From contig OZ243927.1 in the NCBI GenBank assembly GCA_965213925.1, positions 4,512,001-4,576,000 on the forward strand: 64,000 nucleotides of DNA, read 5' to 3'. The position numbers were made by a program, and so were the translations under genes. The stretch comes from Trueperaceae bacterium. Its GTDB lineage: Bacteria; Deinococcota; Deinococci; Deinococcales; Trueperaceae. Within the stretch, counting starts at the first letter, position 1. The number at the start of each line of letters is the position of its first letter. Shown here piece after piece: positions 62,714-64,000 of this stretch. Under the pieces are notes generated by a model. The model saw only the letters and a list, made by a program, of their open reading frames with translations, was not told the DNA's origin and did no database searches.

Positions 62714-63631
62714 GTGCTGAATTACATCGTCCAGCGCATTATCTTGCTTTTCGTCGTCGTGTTAGGCGCGGCGACCTTAGCGTTCGGTCTCTTGTACCTC
62801 TCCGGCGACCCGACGAACTTGCTCTTACCCCTCGACGCGACCGAGAGCACCCGCGACGCCTTTCGCCAAGCGCAGGGCTATGACCAACCACTCTACGTTC
62901 AGTACGGGCGCTACTTGGGCGACCTCGTGCGGGGCGACTTCGGCACGAGTTTGCGCAACAACCAACCCGCGCTCAGCCTCGTTTTAGAACGTTTTCCGCC
63001 GACGCTGAGGCTCGCCGGGCTCGCCCTTTTGCTCGCGATTCTCATCGCCGTCCCCGCAGGCGTCATCGCGGCGAATCGGCGCGGCAGCGTCGCTGAGTTG
63101 CTCCTCATGTCGGGCGCACTTTTGGGTCAGGCGATGCCCGTCTTCTGGCTCGGTCTGATGCTCATCCTCGTCTTTGGACTCAACCTGCGTTGGCTGCCCA
63201 TCTCGGGGAGCGGCACGCCGCAGCACTACGTTTTGCCTGTAATTACCTTAGCGACCTTTAGCGCCGCCTCGATTGCGCGGCTCACGCGGGGCGGCGTGTT
63301 GACAGAGCTTCAAAGTGACCACGTGCGCACGGCGCGGGCGAAAGGGCTTTTGGAGCGCGGCGTGCTCTATAAACATGCGCTCCGCAACGCTGCGATTCCC
63401 GTCGTGACCATCGTCGGTTTGCAGCTCGGCACGCTCGTCTCGGGTGCGATCATCACCGAGACGATTTTCGCGTGGCCGGGCATCGGGCGCTTCGTCCTCC
63501 TGGCGGTCTCGCAGCGAGACTTTCCGGTGGTGCAAGCGAGTGTGGTTGTCTTTGCGCTGCTCTTAGCGCTCATCAACCTCGCCGTAGACCTTATCTATCT
63601 GGCGCTCGACCCGAGGATTCGCTATGACTGA
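62714..63631 (+). CDS. Peptide ABC permease (DppB/OppB-like)
   Basis: GDFGTS, PVFWLG, TARAKGL, HALRNA, LDPRIR. Confidence 0.93.
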   Translation: MLNYIVQRIILLFVVVLGAATLAFGLLYLSGDPTNLLLPLDATESTRDAFRQAQGYDQPLYVQYGRYLGDLVRGDFGTSLRNNQPALSLVLERFPPTLRLAGLALLLAILIAVPAGVIAANRRGSVAELLLMSGALLGQAMPVFWLGLMLILVFGLNLRWLPISGSGTPQHYVLPVITLATFSAASIARLTRGGVLTELQSDHVRTARAKGLLERGVLYKHALRNAAIPVVTIVGLQLGTLVSGAIITETIFAWPGIGRFVLLAVSQRDFPVVQASVVVFALLLALINLAVDLIYLALDPRIRYD

Positions 63632-64000
63632 GGCGGCACCTGCAAGATCGTCTAACCGCTTTAAGGGTCTGACGCGGCTCTTGCGCCGCCCCTCGGCGCT
63701 CTTCGCGGTCACGCTCATCGCGCTCTTTCTCTTCACGGCGGCGTTCGCCCCGCTCCTCGCGCCGTTCGATCCGAACGCGCAAGACTTAGGTGCACGCCTC
63801 CTCGCGCCCGGCACCGAAGGGCACCTCTTGGGCACCGACCAACTCGGGCGCGACGTACTCTCGCGCATCCTCTACGGAGCGCGGCTCTCTCTTTTCATCG
63901 CCTCGGCGGGCGTACTTCTAGGGCTCATCATCGGTTTACCGCTCGGTCTTTTAGCTGGTTTTCTAGGGCGCTGGGCGGACGAGGTCATCATGCGCCTCGG
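63624..64000 (+). CDS. Peptide ABC permease (DppC/OppC-like), partial
   Basis: APFDP, HLLGTDQLGRDVLSRILYGARLSL; runs off the window end. Confidence 0.9.
   Translation, partial: MTEAAPARSSNRFKGLTRLLRRPSALFAVTLIALFLFTAAFAPLLAPFDPNAQDLGARLLAPGTEGHLLGTDQLGRDVLSRILYGARLSLFIASAGVLLGLIIGLPLGLLAGFLGRWADEVIMRL

Overview
Bacterial chromosomal window, most likely Deinococcota (Truepera-like). This is inferred from the LysW lysine pathway, a Thermus PilF-type PilB with three GSPII/MshEN units, bshA and frequent leaderless TANNNT promoters. Layout: pilC (52-1281); an ~11.5 kb mobile-DNA graveyard (nested IS1s, MITEs, Tn3/ISAs1/IS1182 remnants, an intact ISL3, an Xre-RES toxin-antitoxin pair, oxidoreductases); a MacAB-type ABC locus with one ATPase, one adaptor and six permeases arranged as three A-B pairs; housekeeping genes (bshA, tsaD, methyltransferase, thrB, nnr, GT2, MMPL); a LysW lysine cluster (hcs-lysT-lysU-lysW-lysX-lysY-lysZ-lysJ-lysK) interrupted by ten co-oriented cargo genes; miscellaneous enzymes; khtTU; yqeG-pilB-pilT; and a peptide ABC importer cut by the window end. 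The strongest candidates for something undescribed are: a two-copy ~90-nt structured element with conserved ends and a covarying stem (49022-49110, 59098-59187), the triplicated permease array, the cargo-invaded lys operon, several unannotated coupled mini-ORFs, and an apparent HIP-like excess of CTCGAG. No rRNA, tRNA or CRISPR array was seen. All calls were made by eye without database searches.
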